In this document: piece by piece, positions 14,505 to 27,974 of the stretch
How the letters are laid out: every line of letters starts with the position of its first letter
How positions within the stretch are numbered: the first letter of the stretch is position 1
From: Lama guanicoe
Taxonomy: Eukaryota
Direction of reading: 5' to 3'
Assembly (NCBI GenBank): GCA_013239625.1
Contig: MU054391.1
Span: 5,787,824-5,851,823, forward strand
Length of the DNA: 64,000 nt
The notes under the pieces: generated by a model
The model's database searches: none
Told to the model about the DNA's origin: nothing
What the model saw: the letters and a program-made list of their open reading frames with translations, nothing else
Position numbers and translations under genes: made by a program

Positions 14505-14590
14505 TATGATATATAACACTGTATATAATAATATATACTGTATATATGATAGTATATACATTATATATAAATTATATATACTTTTATAAA
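14505..14590. repeat. AT-rich (TA)n-like low-complexity tract
   Basis: tatatataataatatatactgtatatatgatagtatatacattatatataaattatatata. Confidence 0.75.
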
Positions 14591-14779
14591 ATAAAAGTAT
14601 ACTACATTAAGGGAATAGAATCAATAGGACATAGTGACTGAATGTGTGTAGGAGACTCACTACAATTTATTGTGCTCTTATAAATAATAGCTATTCTACT
14701 TGAATTTAATTAAAATAGAAAATGGTACATCCTAGGTACTTAAATTAGTGACTAAAGAAATTTGCTTAGTAATTTAGAG

Positions 14780-14950
14780 TTTTCAAAATGTATTCACTTG
14801 TATTATCTTATTTAATCTCAGTTCATCCTCACCGTAACTCATTTTACAAATGAAGAGACTGAGGTTAAGTGACTCTAATTCTGAGTCACAAAGCTAGTGA
14901 TTAGAAAGCCTAAGTATATAGGCTGTAGGTTTTCTGGTTCCAAGTCCTAC
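14780..14950. mobile_element. MIR SINE relic
   Basis: cattttacaaatgaagagactgaggttaagtgact MIR core; similar cores near 14230, 19420-19520, 24260-24380, 25650-25820, 33290-33420, 36300-36500, 36720-36800, 37160-37330, 47200-47380, 50760-50950. Confidence 0.7.
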
Positions 14951-15441
14951 ATTATTCAGCCTTGAATAGTAGGTGCCATCTATGCTGAGCATGTAATTTC
15001 TTTGGGAAAGCTGTACATCTAATTAGATGCACATCGGGGCTTCCAGCATGCTAGCTGGGCTTCCAGCCAGTGCATGAGTGTACATTCCTAGCTCTTAGTC
15101 TTACAGGGAGTTAGTTTCAGGTAAATGCAAATTGCTGTAGAATACAGACAAGAAACACATATGAAGCAATAGAAACCAATGTGTGGTGGTACATTGGGTG
15201 CCAAGATGTGTCCTATAAATAGTAGATGTTTTGGGAAGTCAAAACAGGAGAGGATGTGCCTACCCTTAGTTTTTCTATATAGATATTATTTTTTGGTTTA
15301 TTTTATTCACAAAATGTGTGTCTCAGAGTTCTCACATAGTACCATGTTTTAAGATAAAGCTTATTTTATGGCTATACATATTAGTATGGTCCAGTTAGCC
15401 AAAAAATTTAACTCACATTTTACTGTTTTATTTTTCAACAG

Positions 15442-15619
15442 ATGAAATGCGTGACTTAACCTGCCAAGTGGTAAAAGTGACTGGAATAGGAGAAGTGGGT
15501 TTTCTAACATTTGATCCTGTAGCTAAAAAGACAGAAACTGTTAAATATGATGTACAAGCTGTAGCTGTCATTATAGTAGTACTGAAACTGCTCTTTTTAT
15601 TGGATGACAACTTAGAATG
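15442..15619 (+). CDS. TAF1B: TAF1B coding exon (probably exon 10), 178 nt
   Basis: caacag| and |gtaagt; phase 1 continues previous exon: (D)[58 protein letters not shown](W). Confidence 0.95.
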
Positions 15620-16194
15620 GTAAGTGCGTGTCAATTTTATGAGGGAAAAATTGTATTGTTTTTACCTAATTATTTGGAGTAAAAGAATCTGTATTTTATC
15701 TCAGTGGAAAATAGAGACTCTCAGTTGTTGTAGAGCATTGACTAGTAGCAGCAGTTATTTCTTACGTAATATTCTGACTTGGCTCTTTGTCAGAGGTTTC
15801 ATTCTCCCTTAGTAAGTTGTTTGGATCATGTTTTTTCCCTATTTTTAGGTAGACACACGTGTTCCCATTGCTCTACCGATTCCTGAGTTTTAAGTCATCG
15901 AACACAAATCCTAAAGAGTCATTTAGCGCCTCATCTGTATACCTTTAGGCTCCCAGCATTGTGTGTCTGCAAAGATTATTTTGGAAAGTAAAGGAATCTT
16001 AAAATGTCACCCTTCTCAAATGCCAACAGAGAGTGACAGTGTTTATAGTGTGTTCTTGCCTGTTTCAGTGATTGCTTCTCCATTAAAAGTTGGCATCAGT
16101 TTCAAGTACTGTCCTATACTTCTCTTTCCAAAGAATTCAAAATTTATCTGTATTCAAATAAGTGATTTCTAAATTTACTTATTTGTATCTCCAG

Positions 16195-16241
16195 GTCTTT
16201 GTCTAGTATTGCTGAGAAATATAATGAAGACAACAAAGAAG
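16195..16241 (+). CDS. TAF1B: TAF1B coding exon (probably exon 11), 47 nt
   Basis: ctccag| and |gtactt; (W)SLSSIAEKYNEDNKE(D); phases fit both neighbours. Confidence 0.92.
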
Positions 16242-17061
16242 GTACTTGATTTTTTTGTCAATCAAATTCAAAGTGATTGTAAATGATGGATTAAAAGATA
16301 CAATAAATATAGGGAAGAAACTTTGAAAAACATACACATGTATATACACATGTATACCAATTATACTTTGTACCAGAATTTTTTATATATATAATTATCT
16401 AACTGTATCAAAGCTGCTAAAAAACCTGAGTGACTTCCTACTATGTGTAATTTTTTATTCCCAGCTTCCACTCACTGGCCATACTAGACCATGAACTTAT
16501 TGGCAGTTTTGTGACTGTACCATCTATTCTAATGCCTTCAGCCTTTGCTCACACTGGTCCTTTTACATAAAATATTCTTTTCTTCTTACCTCCAACCCCT
16601 TCTATCCCTGGCAAATCCATCTTCATTCCTTAAGATGCAACATAAATACCCTCTTCTCCTGTCTCTTCACACCTCCTCCCCACCTCACCTCTTCCTAAAT
16701 CAGACCTAATCACTCCTGCCACAGCCACTCCTGTGCAAACTTTTATTAGTTGTTTAAAACATTGGATTATAACTAGTGGACTAAGTATGTCTACTCCTAT
16801 TAGATTTTCACTATTTATAAAATGCTTAGAATAGCTGACATACGATAAGTACTGTATAAATAATAGGAAGATAGGTAGATTGCAAGCTTCTGGAGGGAGA
16901 GACCATGTCTTTCTTACCTTTTTTTCCCCTAATGTAACTTTAGGATCTAACATACTGACTGGCCCAAGATCAGCTCAGTAAAGTTTGGTAAATACATGAA
17001 TTCTTACACTCAGTTCCAGTTTCTTAATGATCTCACTAGGACTTATGTTCATTGTTTGTTT

Positions 17062-17468
17062 TATTTTTAATTTCAGCTTTCTTGAGGTATAATTGACATA
17101 TAAAATTGTAAGATATTTAAAGTGTACATTGTGATCATTTGATATACATGGATGTTGTGAAAGGATTTTCCGCATCAAGTCAATTAACACATTCATCACC
17201 TCACAGATTTACCTTTTTGTACGAGTGAGACGTATTTAAGTTCTCTTAGCAAATTTCAGTTATACAGTACAGTGCTATCCACTACAGTCATGTGGGCAGT
17301 TTTACATGTTTTTCATTAGATCCTCAGAGCTTATTCATCTTACAGCTGAAAGTTTGTTCCCTTTTACCAGCCGCTCCCTATTTCTCCCATCCCTCAGCCC
17401 CTGACAGCCACTTTTCTACTGTCTATTTCCATGAGTTTGACTTTTTTTTTTCACGATTCTACATATAT
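17062..17468 (-). mobile_element. L1 (L1MA-like) 3' end
   Basis: ttgaggtataattgacatataaaattgtaagatatttaaagtgtaca...ccatgagtttgactttttttttcacgattctacatat. Confidence 0.85.
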
Positions 17469-18797
17469 GTTCATTGGTTTTGGGAACTTGGATTTAATGG
17501 TGACAGTTTGTGTGTTGTTTCTAAAATATATGCAGAATACTTCTTTCTGCACATTGCTTTGTATTGGCTCCTACGTAGAGTGAAAGGTTGAACAAGGTGT
17601 CACGCGGTGTTAAAGGGCCATCATAGACTGTGTGGACATTTAGAGTAGAGAGTGCTCTGATGTATTATCTTCCCTGTGATCCTCAACATAAACCTCTGCT
17701 GTCAGCTGGGCAGGGACTGGTCTCCCCATTCTGTCTGCTCCCCAGCTGTCCCCTGTCACCTGGCTCTCCATGTTATGGATCAGGAACTTAAGGTTTAAGA
17801 GGTTGTGATGCACTTAAGGTCAAAGAACCTTGTGTTCTATTAATCATTATCATTTTCCTCCTTCCTTGCAGCTCTGTTGGTAGTTGCCCCTCCTCTGTGG
17901 CTGAATGGCCTTCAAGGCCATATTGGATCAAGTTAGGATTGTATTGGCCAATTGAAAAGATTTTTATCTAGACATTGAAGGGAGACTATCTTCATTAAAG
18001 AATATGTGAAAAATTCAGCCTTTCACTCAGCCATCTTCTTCCTGTCAGCCTGCCTTTCTTCAAACTCCCTCACTCTCTAAGCCTCTTTTCTGCTTTACCT
18101 TTAGTTTCATTTTTTTCCTCCCTCCTCTTCCCTTTGCCCCATATGGATTGAATAAAAGAGTGAGGAATGAAGTTTTATACTTGACTGTGTTCAGTTCTGT
18201 TGTCTCTCTAACCTCAACACACACTCTTGAACACACACCCACACACCACCTGTCCAATGCAGTCTCCTCTCTTATTTATCCCTGGAGTCTCTGGATTTGG
18301 ACTAGGATTAGGAAGAACAGAAATAAGAGCTGATAAAACCGGAAGTCTGGATTCAGCTACTATAGTGCCATTTCACACATTTTTCCATCTTTTGTTCTTA
18401 ATTCATATATTCTTAGACATATGGGAGCACCACCTGCCAGGCACTGTGCTGGGTGTTGTGTCGGGGCAGAGGCCTGATTGTATAGTCATCTACACAAACA
18501 AAATATGTCTTCTGTTCTCAGGGAGGTAATAGTCAAGTCTAGGAGAAACAGACATGCAAAAAGATGGTTCTGGTACAGTCTGGTTAGGGCCGCAGTACAG
18601 GTGGGATGTCAGAGAGGAGAGTGACGGTGATTGCTCAGGAATCTATTAGAACATGGAGACAGTGACTCCATCCATAATTTTCAAGGGCTGGTATATAGAT
18701 GTTTAGTCATGACAGTGAATGAAGACTCAAATGAGCAAGTGTGTATTATTATCATGTGACATATTTAGTTAATAATAATGGATTTCATTTCTTTCAG

Positions 18798-18888
18798 ATA
18801 AGCCATGGTTTGATTTCAGAAAATGGTACCAAGTTATGAAGAAAGCTATTGATGAGAAAAAACAAAAATGGGAGGAAGCCAGGGCAAA
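18798..18888 (+). CDS. TAF1B: TAF1B coding exon (probably exon 12), 91 nt
   Basis: tttcag| and |gtatgt; (D)KPWFDFRKWYQVMKKAIDEKKQKWEEARA(K). Confidence 0.95.
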
Positions 18889-20889
18889 GTATGTTATCTC
18901 TTCTAGTTTTAGATTCATGTGCTTTATTTTTGAGTCTGTTACTTTACATTTGAAAGCTGAATTCTCCTCAGTTTAGCTTCATCAGTGTTGTGACTTTTTT
19001 TTCCTAGAAATATTAGCCTATACATCCTAATTAACTTTTTTCTTTTTTACATTACTATTAACTATTAACTAAGCTAATAATGTCCTTTTTTATTAATGTT
19101 CTTCTTCTGATCCAGGATCCAATCCAGGGTACCATACTGTACTTAAGTAATTAACTTTTCATAATTTGCATGAATCTTACCTGCATTTCTAACACTCCTC
19201 CCTCTTCCCCTTTCTCAGAGTTGATCATTTCCCTTCTGTGCTTCCCAATATTACAAAGATGTCAACCTGTGACATATGTAATTGAAATGTCCCCCCCCCA
19301 AATAAAGATCCCTATAAAAATCAAAACAAAGGAAATCAGGAAGAGCATAGTATATTTAATTCAGTTAGTCTCATTGTTTGACTTTGAACTCTTACTCTGA
19401 TGTATGTCCATCATAGAGTGGAAGGAGCGTAGCATTAGAGACAGACAGTGCTGGGTTTGAATCCGGATTGTATTACAGCTAGCTGTATGACCGTGGGCAA
19501 AGTACTTAACCTCTTATCCTCAGTGCACGAAAATTTGACTAGCTCATAAATTTTCAGAGACACTCTACCTAATGTTGTATAGCAAACGTTACTATAGCTC
19601 TCTGATTTGAATGGGTTTTTAATCTATTCTTAGAACTTTCAATCTCTATGAGACTTTGAAGAAAAAGTTATTACCTCTGTATTTTATGTAAATTTACAAT
19701 AGTACCCATTGGATCAAGTATTATATCCCTTGAGAAAAATGAAGATTCCTCAAATTAGTTAAAATGGTAATTCATTCGGCTCCAGTTTCCTCATCAATAA
19801 AATGGGGATAATAATACCTGCTTTCTACTCATAACTAAGAGCTGAATTTCGTTTTTCACAGGTAGAAATAGATTATTTTTCCTCTAAATTGAAGAATGCT
19901 TTTAAATAGAGAAATAGACTTACAGGAATGAATAAAGCACTGTGGGAGAGAGGATCCTTGCCAAACTGGGGAGATTAACAGTTTCTTACTGTTCGGGTTA
20001 GATACACAATGATGAAGGAGATGAGATGAGAGGTGAACTTACTCTGACATCCCGTGGACACTTGGGAAACTGGGTCCTTCCTCTTCCTTGTTGGGGAAGG
20101 AATGTCTTTAGTCATTGAATCTCAGTGGGAACAAGAGTAGCAGCAAGAGCAGTTTGTTCTATTTTCTTAGGTTGTTGTGGAGAGTCAGCTTTTGGACTGT
20201 CCTTTTCTGGTGCCAGCTGGGATTGTCCTGACCAATGCTGAAAGGCTGGGGTTTCAGGAGCAGTGCCACTCGGGCATCTCAGTGGTGAATAGGCATCCAT
20301 TAACCTAAACCGGGTACCAACTTACGCTTTAAACATAGCTACTAGAGCCTAAATTCATATCACAGTGTTACAATCAATTGCACATCTAAGACTTACTGAC
20401 TTCTAGCTACTTTAAGGGAGAATTTAGTGAGCAAAGAAAGTATATCCAGTTTCAAAATGGCATTTTCCAGGCAGACACCAGTCTTCAGGGAAGAGCTTGT
20501 CCAGGGGATCTATTACCAAGATCCTTCTTCAGAGAGCATGTACTTTGGGCTCAGGGAGGTAACTTATGTAAGTCACTACTGACTGGTGCTGGGTCACCGA
20601 GCCCCAGGGCACGCTGATTACCTATTTTGCCCGATCCCGCCTTCATTGGTGACATAAATTTCCAATTTTTCTCTTTATTCATCTGGACATCATCTTCCAT
20701 ACTGTCAGATGAAAGTTATTAAAACATTTTCTGTATCTAAGCTCAGGTCCGTATGCATGAGATTATGAGAAACACTAAAAAACAGTAGTTGAAAACGTAA
20801 AATAGCTTAAGAGATTACTTTGATGACTCCCAGTTGTCGTGAAGATGTTGAGAAGAACGTGGAAAAAAATTTGAAAGCATGTGCAGAAA

Positions 20890-21940
20890 TATCTCTGCAA
20901 CCTTTTAGGTTAGTCAAAAATTTCTTAGATATGATACCAAAAGCATGATCCATAAAAGAAAAAGAAAGATAAATTGGACTTCATTAGAGGAAAGAATTTC
21001 TGTTCTTCAAAAGACACTGTTAAGAGAAGAGAAGCTACAGGCTGGGGGAAAATATGTGCAAACACATGTCTGATAAAAGATTTGTGTCTAGAATATATAA
21101 AGAATTCTCATACAAGAGGAAAAGGGACAACTCAGTTTTTTAAATGGACAAAAGATTTGAACAGATACTTCACCAAATAACATGGGATGGATGGCACATG
21201 AAATGATGCTCAACATCATTAGTTAGCAGAGAAATGTAAATTAAAGCCACAGTGAGATTTCATTACACCCCAACTAGAATGGCTAAAAACAAACAAAAAA
21301 CTGACTATGCTAAATGTGGCAAAATGATACATTTATTTTGGAAAGTTTGTTAGTTTCTCATAAATTTAAACACACACTTAATATACTACCCAGTAATTTT
21401 TCACTCCTAGATATTTCCCCAAGTGAAATGAAAACTTAAGTTCACACAAAAATCTATCGGTGAATGTATGCAGATATATATACTTCATTCACAGTGGCCA
21501 AAAACTGGCAATAACCCAGATGCCCGTCAGCTGGCAAATGGATAAACAAACTATAGCATATCTGTAGAGTGGAATACTATTCAGCAATAAAAAGGAACAA
21601 ACTTCTGATACATCCAACACTATGTATGAATTTGTAAATACATTATGCTAAATGAAAGACTCAGAAGGTTACATACGGTATAATTTCATTTACATGGCAT
21701 TCTGGAGGCTAAACTATAGGGACAGAAAAGCAGGTCAGTGGTCGTCTGAGATCAAGTTTAGCTGGGGGTTTGGGGAGGGTTTGATTGTTAAAAAGGTATG
21801 AGATTTTTGGAGGGTGGAACTGTTCTGTGGATTAATCACAGTGGTAGTTACACAACCATGTGTGTTCATCAGAACTAGTAGATCTGTACACTGTATGGGG
21901 TCCATTTTACTACATGTAAATTATACCTTAATTTCTAACA
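20890..21940 (+). mobile_element. L1 (L1MB/MC-like) ORF2 C-terminus and 3' UTR relic
   Basis: ttggacttcatt...aaatggacaaaagatttgaacagatacttcacc...gtggaatactattcagcaataaaaagg; ORF 20974..21180 resembles degraded ORF2 (WTKDLNRYFTK). Confidence 0.88.
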
Positions 21941-22970
21941 GTGGGGTGACAAATTGTACAGGAAGGCTGAACAAAGCATACAGGACTTTGTGGTGTCCTG
22001 GAGAGGATATTAGGATTTAGTGGTGGGCCTCTGTCTTTTGTAGCTTCTGTAGTTTTGGGAACAGGTAAACAAAATAAAGTAAATTTTAAAGAAGGGGTAT
22101 CTAAACACTTAGAGTACTGTCATTTTAGATTGCCCACCTTTCCCATCCTCTGGGCATATGACCCCAAAGAACTAATAATGCCTCCTTGGCTATAGCATAA
22201 TTGCCACTGTATAGGTGTTTATTCTGAATGTATAAGGAAATCTACCTAGATTAGGTATTCACAAGGAATTTTTAACAGTGGATTTATCCAGCGAGTGGGA
22301 TTAAACTGTTTCGGGAACTTTATTATTAGAGATTTTGTACCTTGAGTATGTTGTTACTTTTCTTATTTAATAAAAATAAATAACAGAAAGATATTTGAAA
22401 GAATCACAGATGACAAGCTCTCAGTATTTTACATGTGGTATGCTTCATTAAGATTTAGTTCACACATAATCTTCAGGAAAACCAGTGCTTATTAAGTGAT
22501 TACACCTCTGCATCAGAGCACGGGCACCTTCCTGTCCACTTTGTACAAGTTGTCAGAATCAGAAGTACTACTGACTTAATCCTCAGCAGAAGGACAGTTG
22601 GTCAAGGGCAAGGAGGGACAGTTGTTTCTTAGGTGGCTTCCCTTTATGAGAATAGGCAGCAAGGAGATTTTACAGTGGAGGAAACCGTTTCTGCCTTTTT
22701 GTGGGATGAACCGTTTCTGTGGATCTTACAGCATCTGGGAGGCTTTGGGGAGGGGCATAGCATTCTCTTGACTTGCTGTCTCCTTTAGTGCTGCTTGCTT
22801 ACTTCAAGGCCAGAAGCCCTGTAGAGACATGTGTCAGTAGGTCATCTTAAGGCAGAGCTATTACACTGAGTATCAGGAATTTCAGATACTGCTTTAGAGA
22901 AACTTCTCGGAAGTGCGTTTAGGTCCATTTCTTCTCCATCCCGCTCCAAATGTTTTTCTACCTTGTGCAG

Positions 22971-23041
22971 GTATATATGGAAAAGTGAGAAGCCGCTCTA
23001 CCACTCTGCCATTGACAAGCCAGTGGTACATAAAAGAAGAG
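22971..23041 (+). CDS. TAF1B: TAF1B coding exon (probably exon 13), 71 nt
   Basis: gtgcag| and |gtgagt; (K)YIWKSEKPLYHSAIDKPVVHKRR(E). Confidence 0.93.
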
Positions 23042-23586
23042 GTGAGTTGCATTTCCTCTTGTTAACACCAAGTTGCAGCACAGCTGTAGAAAAACTAAGT
23101 ATCTTGACTTGAAAAGTAAATGCGTAAGTACTTTCTGCACTTCTTCAGCAGGTGTCCCAGTGCCTATCCAAGGAAGCATCCTCCTCTGCAAGAAATCTCC
23201 ATAGGAGTCTATCTGTCTCAGGAACATTGCATTTTTCAAAACAGAACTTAAGTTCCCGCCAAATCTAAAATGCTGTATATCTGCGACTTCCAGAACTCTA
23301 TTTGGAGAGCTGCCTTTAGGTTGTCTTGTTCATTCTTTTTTTTTTTTAATTGTCATAAAATACACATAACATAAAATTTATCATTTTAACCTTTTTTAAG
23401 TAACTCCTCAGCACCCCTCATCCAGTTTCAGTTTCCCCAGTGTTACGTTCTTATGTTCCTACAGTGCGTTTGTCAAAGCGCTAAGAACCCAACTTTGGTA
23501 CATTACTATCAGGTGAGCTACAGGCCTTACTTGTGTTTTAACTGTGGTTTTTATTTTATTCCTTTCCTTTTTTCCTTCATTTTCAG

Positions 23587-23809
23587 AAATGGTGGTGAAT
23601 CTACAAAAACAATTTAGTGCGCTAGTTGATTCAACACCAGCTGTTGAAAAAAAAAGCCCTTCAAGTTTTCAGTTCAACTGGACTGAAGAGGACTCTAATA
23701 GAACTTGTTTCCATGGACATAGCCTCCAGGGAGTCCTGAAGAAGAAGGGCCAGTCACTGATGACCAAGAATTCCCTGTACTGGCTGAGTACGCAGAAATT
23801 CTGCAAAAG
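23587..23809 (+). CDS. TAF1B: TAF1B penultimate coding exon, 223 nt
   Basis: tttcag| and |gtatgt; (E)MVVNLQKQFSALVDSTPAVEKKSPSSFQFNWTEEDSNRTCFHGHSLQGVLKKKGQSLMTKNSLYWLSTQKFCK; lies within ORF 23544..23840. Confidence 0.95.
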
Positions 23810-25909
23810 GTATGTGATGCTCCTGGAAATCACAGGATAAAAAACATGATGAAATCTCTAATTTGGCCTGAAGTAGTGTTCTTTTCTGATTTTTAAAAAA
23901 GCCATGTGTAATTTAAAAGAGTTGACTGTAATAAGAGTCAGATAGGTTATTTGTTGGAATTAGAAGATGGTGAGCTTATTTATAATCAAGCCAATTGGAA
24001 TTACACATTGAGTCTTGTTTAAGAGTTTTAGGGATAGAAGTGTTAGTGAGCCTTATTGTGATGACAATTTCAAAATATATACATGTATCAAATCATCATG
24101 TTATACACCTTAAACTTACATATCTTAATAATAATAATAATAACTCAATAAAGCTGGAAAAAGTTTTAGATGATTAAGACTTTTCTCATTGTGAACATAT
24201 GTTTTATACTAATCTCATTCCCACATTGACATAGGAATTGCGTATAAGGCAAATTCCCATAGTAGTTAAGAGGATGTGTTAATGTATCCAGCTGTTCATA
24301 TCCCAGCTCTGCTGCTTGCTCAGTGTGGGCAAGTTACTTACCATCTCTCTAGCTTTGTTGCCCCAATTGTAAAGAAAGGCTATGATTCAGACCTTTCTTC
24401 TCAAAACCTCTGGTGGCTCCCATCTCATTCAGAGTAAAGTCGAAGACCTTGTGGAGCCTACAGGCCCTCTCTTCTCTGACCTCCCCTGCTCCCCCACTTG
24501 CAGAGTCAGTCCTGAGGGAGTTGGCAGGGAGCCTACACCTTTATGCTTTTCCCGTGGCACAATCAGTGGACTTCTGGATGTTCTTCATGGATTTAATACT
24601 GTAATATCAGACAATTAGTTCTAAATAGACGTTGGTGTAGTCAGAGATGAAACAACTGAGATATTTTTCTCTGCATGAATTATAAGGCTAACACTATACC
24701 ATACAGACGAAGCATCAGAGATACCATGAGTTTATGCACCAAAATTGTCTGTCGGATTACCTTGCCTATTTAGACCTAAGCCAACCAATAAAAATATCAC
24801 AAAGTCCATGAGTAAAGCTTATACACTTCTCAGAAAGCCCCTTAGCCCCCGACTCAGAGCCTGCTTACTCTGCCTGGAGGTGTGTTTCTGTCAAGCTGAG
24901 TTGTCTGATTTCCAAATTCCTAATCATCAAAGGAAACAGAGTAGGAGGGGGACTGAGAGGTGCTCTGCTGATAGGCATCTTGACAGCAAGCATAAATGAT
25001 ACTCATTTGACAGACAGTAGAGGACACCAGCATTAGAAGCAGAAGCAGACAAAAGAAAAAGTACAGTGGTCTGATGTTCCTTCATGACACCCAGTAGCTC
25101 CACAGAACCAGAGAAGCCTGACCATGTCTCAGCTTTAACACAGAACATTACCCCAAACTGTGTGCATTCTCTTTGGGTTTTTTGCTTACCTATATTTTCT
25201 AATATTCCCACAGTAAAAGTTAGGGAATGTAATCCTTAAAAGTTACTGTTAATGATTCAACTTAGAAATGAAAAGTCCTTACTGTAGGAAGTGCTTTGTG
25301 TACCTCTTAATATCTTTCTGTTGTAGAAATAGAGCTTTCCTTATGGTCCCGAGGCAAGAGAAACAATATTTTAAATAATTTTAATATTTTCAGATAATAT
25401 TTTATCTGAAACAATCTCTTTTAATATAGCTAAAATTAAAAATTAGAAAAGAAGAAAAGAGGCCACTATATTTGTGAGAATTCGTATAAATGACTTATAT
25501 TTGATTTGCATTAAACCAATCAATGAACAAACAGTTGAGGCTTTTAAATTTCCAACTGGTGCACACAGTAGGGTGTTGGCTTTTTTGTGTATTATTAAAA
25601 TTGCCTTAAGATTTTAAGTGAAAATTAAAAGATCAATTTTAAAGAAGTTGGGAAAGTGAACATTTTGAGCCCTTACTGTGTGCCAACCACTGGATAAGTG
25701 CTTAATCTGTGTTCTCATTCAATCCTCTTATCCATCGTGCGAGGCTGTTACTTCTCCCTGTTTCACAGAAGAAGAACTACGAGTAGTTACCCATAGTCAG
25801 AACTGACGGGTGGCAGGGCTTTGTGGTGCAACATAAACATGCTTTCAGGAATTAGGGCCATATATGTTTTGTATGTATCTAAATGTTTATATCCTTTATG
25901 TTATTTACT

Positions 25910-26520
25910 TGTTTTTAAAACCTTTTCATTATGGAAAATTACATATCTTCAGAAGTAGAGAGCACAGTGTAATGAACCCCCGCACCCTCCGTCGCCCAGC
26001 TTCAGCAGCTGTCAAGACTTGCTTCACCCGCACCTCAACCCGCCCCTTCACCCCTCCTCCCCCAAAGTATTTAGAAGCAAACTCTGTACATCGTAATATT
26101 CTTTTAAACAAAACCATAATACCATTAATCAGATATAAAAAACTAATAGTAATTCCTTAATATTGTCAGACATGTAGCCAATGTCTAGATTTTCCTGATT
26201 GTCACATAATTTTTAAAATAATTCAAAATCCAAATAAAGTCCATAGATTGCAGGAGGTTGAGATATCCCTTAAGTGTTTTAGTTCATAAATTCCCCTTTT
26301 ATCTCTTCTTTTTTCCCCTTGCAGTTTACTTACTGAAAATCCTGGTCGCGTGTCCTGTACAATTTCCCATAGTCTAGATTTTGCTGATTATAGCCCATAA
26401 TACCACTTAACAAGTTCCTCTGTCCCCTGGCCCACTCATACCTTGGTACAGTTAGAGATTAATACAGTTAGCAGTTTTAATTAGCATTTTAGAGATTTGG
26501 TCAGATTCAGGTCCTACTAC
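25910..26520 (-). mobile_element. Old L1-like 3' fragment
   Basis: ttattatggaaaatt-like start, aatagtaattccttaatattgtc, tttcccatagtctagattttgctgatt. Confidence 0.55.
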
Positions 26521-26975
26521 TTTAAAATAAGAAATACTGCTTTGTGAACTCTTCTTTCTATAGAGCACATACAGAATTGGGCATATATTATGAAGTGTGG
26601 TGTCTTATTTGGGGGAGGGAGTTGGGGATTATTTGTTTTCTTTTGTTTGTTTTAAAATATGTCCAGTATCTCTCCCTGTGTGCTTTGGTTCGCCTTGACC
26701 ACGGTAAGAGGGGTGGGCCCCGGAGTGGAAGAGGAGTCATGAGACCTGGCTGTGTACCACCCATGTCTCATGCATCATGGCCAGAGGCACTCCGAAAATT
26801 TTTTCCTTTACAAAATTAAGAGGTTTCCTTCCAAATAAGTTCCCTTCCAGCTCAGAGTACTATTTTAGGCCTGACCGTATATATTGGTTAAGTTATTGGG
26901 GGATGTTCAAGGGATAGATGCAGGCATTTCTAAGTGACCGTTTAAATGATGGTGTCTTCTTTTCCTCCCTTCTAG

Positions 26976-27183
26976 CTACTGTAAACATGTGACAACCTAT
27001 GAGGAATCAAATTTTTCTCTGAGTTACCGGTTTGTACTAAATCTCTTCTCCTTCTTATTAAGAATAAAGACGTCCTTTCTCCATGAAGAAGTGAGCTTAA
27101 TAGAAAAGAGACTTTTTAAAAAAAAGTATAATAATAAAACGAAAAAGAAATCTTCAAAATCCAGGAAAGTGAGAAAACATTGA
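26976..27183 (+). CDS. TAF1B: TAF1B terminal coding exon to TGA stop
   Basis: polypyrimidine tract + tctag|; (S)YCKHVTTYEESNFSLSYRFVLNLFSFLLRIKTSFLHEEVSLIEKRLFKKKYNNKTKKKSSKSRKVRKH*; Lys/Arg-rich C-terminus. Confidence 0.95.
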
Positions 27184-27499
27184 GAAAAATGAAGTGGAAA
27201 CTCTTCTTGGGAAGCTATTTTAATAGTGACAGTAATATCAAATTGTAACACTCCAGAGAATGGTGAGAATAGAATTTTATTGCATATATGTATACATACG
27301 TAGACACACATATGTACATATATATGTATCAAACTGCTTATAAAAATGTATACTGGAAAACAAGTGAGCTTTGTTTGAGTTAATTTTTTTAATTATGAAC
27401 GTTCCTATTGTTAAAATAACAATGTTATATAAATGGTATCCAGAAATTTGTATTCAATGTATTTTAAAACTAAATTTGCTTTTTAAACTAGGTTGCTTC

Positions 27500-27960
27500 C
27501 TTACTCTTTATACCCCAAAGAAAATCCCAGATGGATCAAAGATCTAAATATCATAATCTTTAAATACACATAAAGTATTAGAAGAAAACAAGATGAATGC
27601 TATGCTGACCTTGGAATGGGGAAGGACTTTCTAAGATTTCTCAACACCAGAAACCAAAAGAAAAAGATTGATAATGTGACTATGAAGTCAAAGGCAAAGA
27701 CAGACTGGAAAGACATATTTGTAGTATATGGTGGACAAAGGAATCATTCCTTTAATGTATCAATAGCCCTTGTAAAGCAGTAGGGAAAAGACAGCTTTCA
27801 GAAAAAAAGAAAAACAAAGGCCAAGCTAAAAAATGTAATAGGATACCCAGCCTCACTCATATTAAATACAAAGTATGAAGATATTATTTCCCACATACTA
27901 GATTGGCAAAGATTATAAAGGTTTATAACATCTGGTGAGAATACTGGAAAATCAGGCATT
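27500..27960 (+). mobile_element. Degraded L1 ORF2 fragment just downstream of the TAF1B 3' UTR
   Basis: cagatggatcaaagatctaaat...attagaagaaaac...gaccttggaatggggaaggactttctaag. Confidence 0.7.
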
Positions 27961-27974
27961 CTGATTGACAATTT

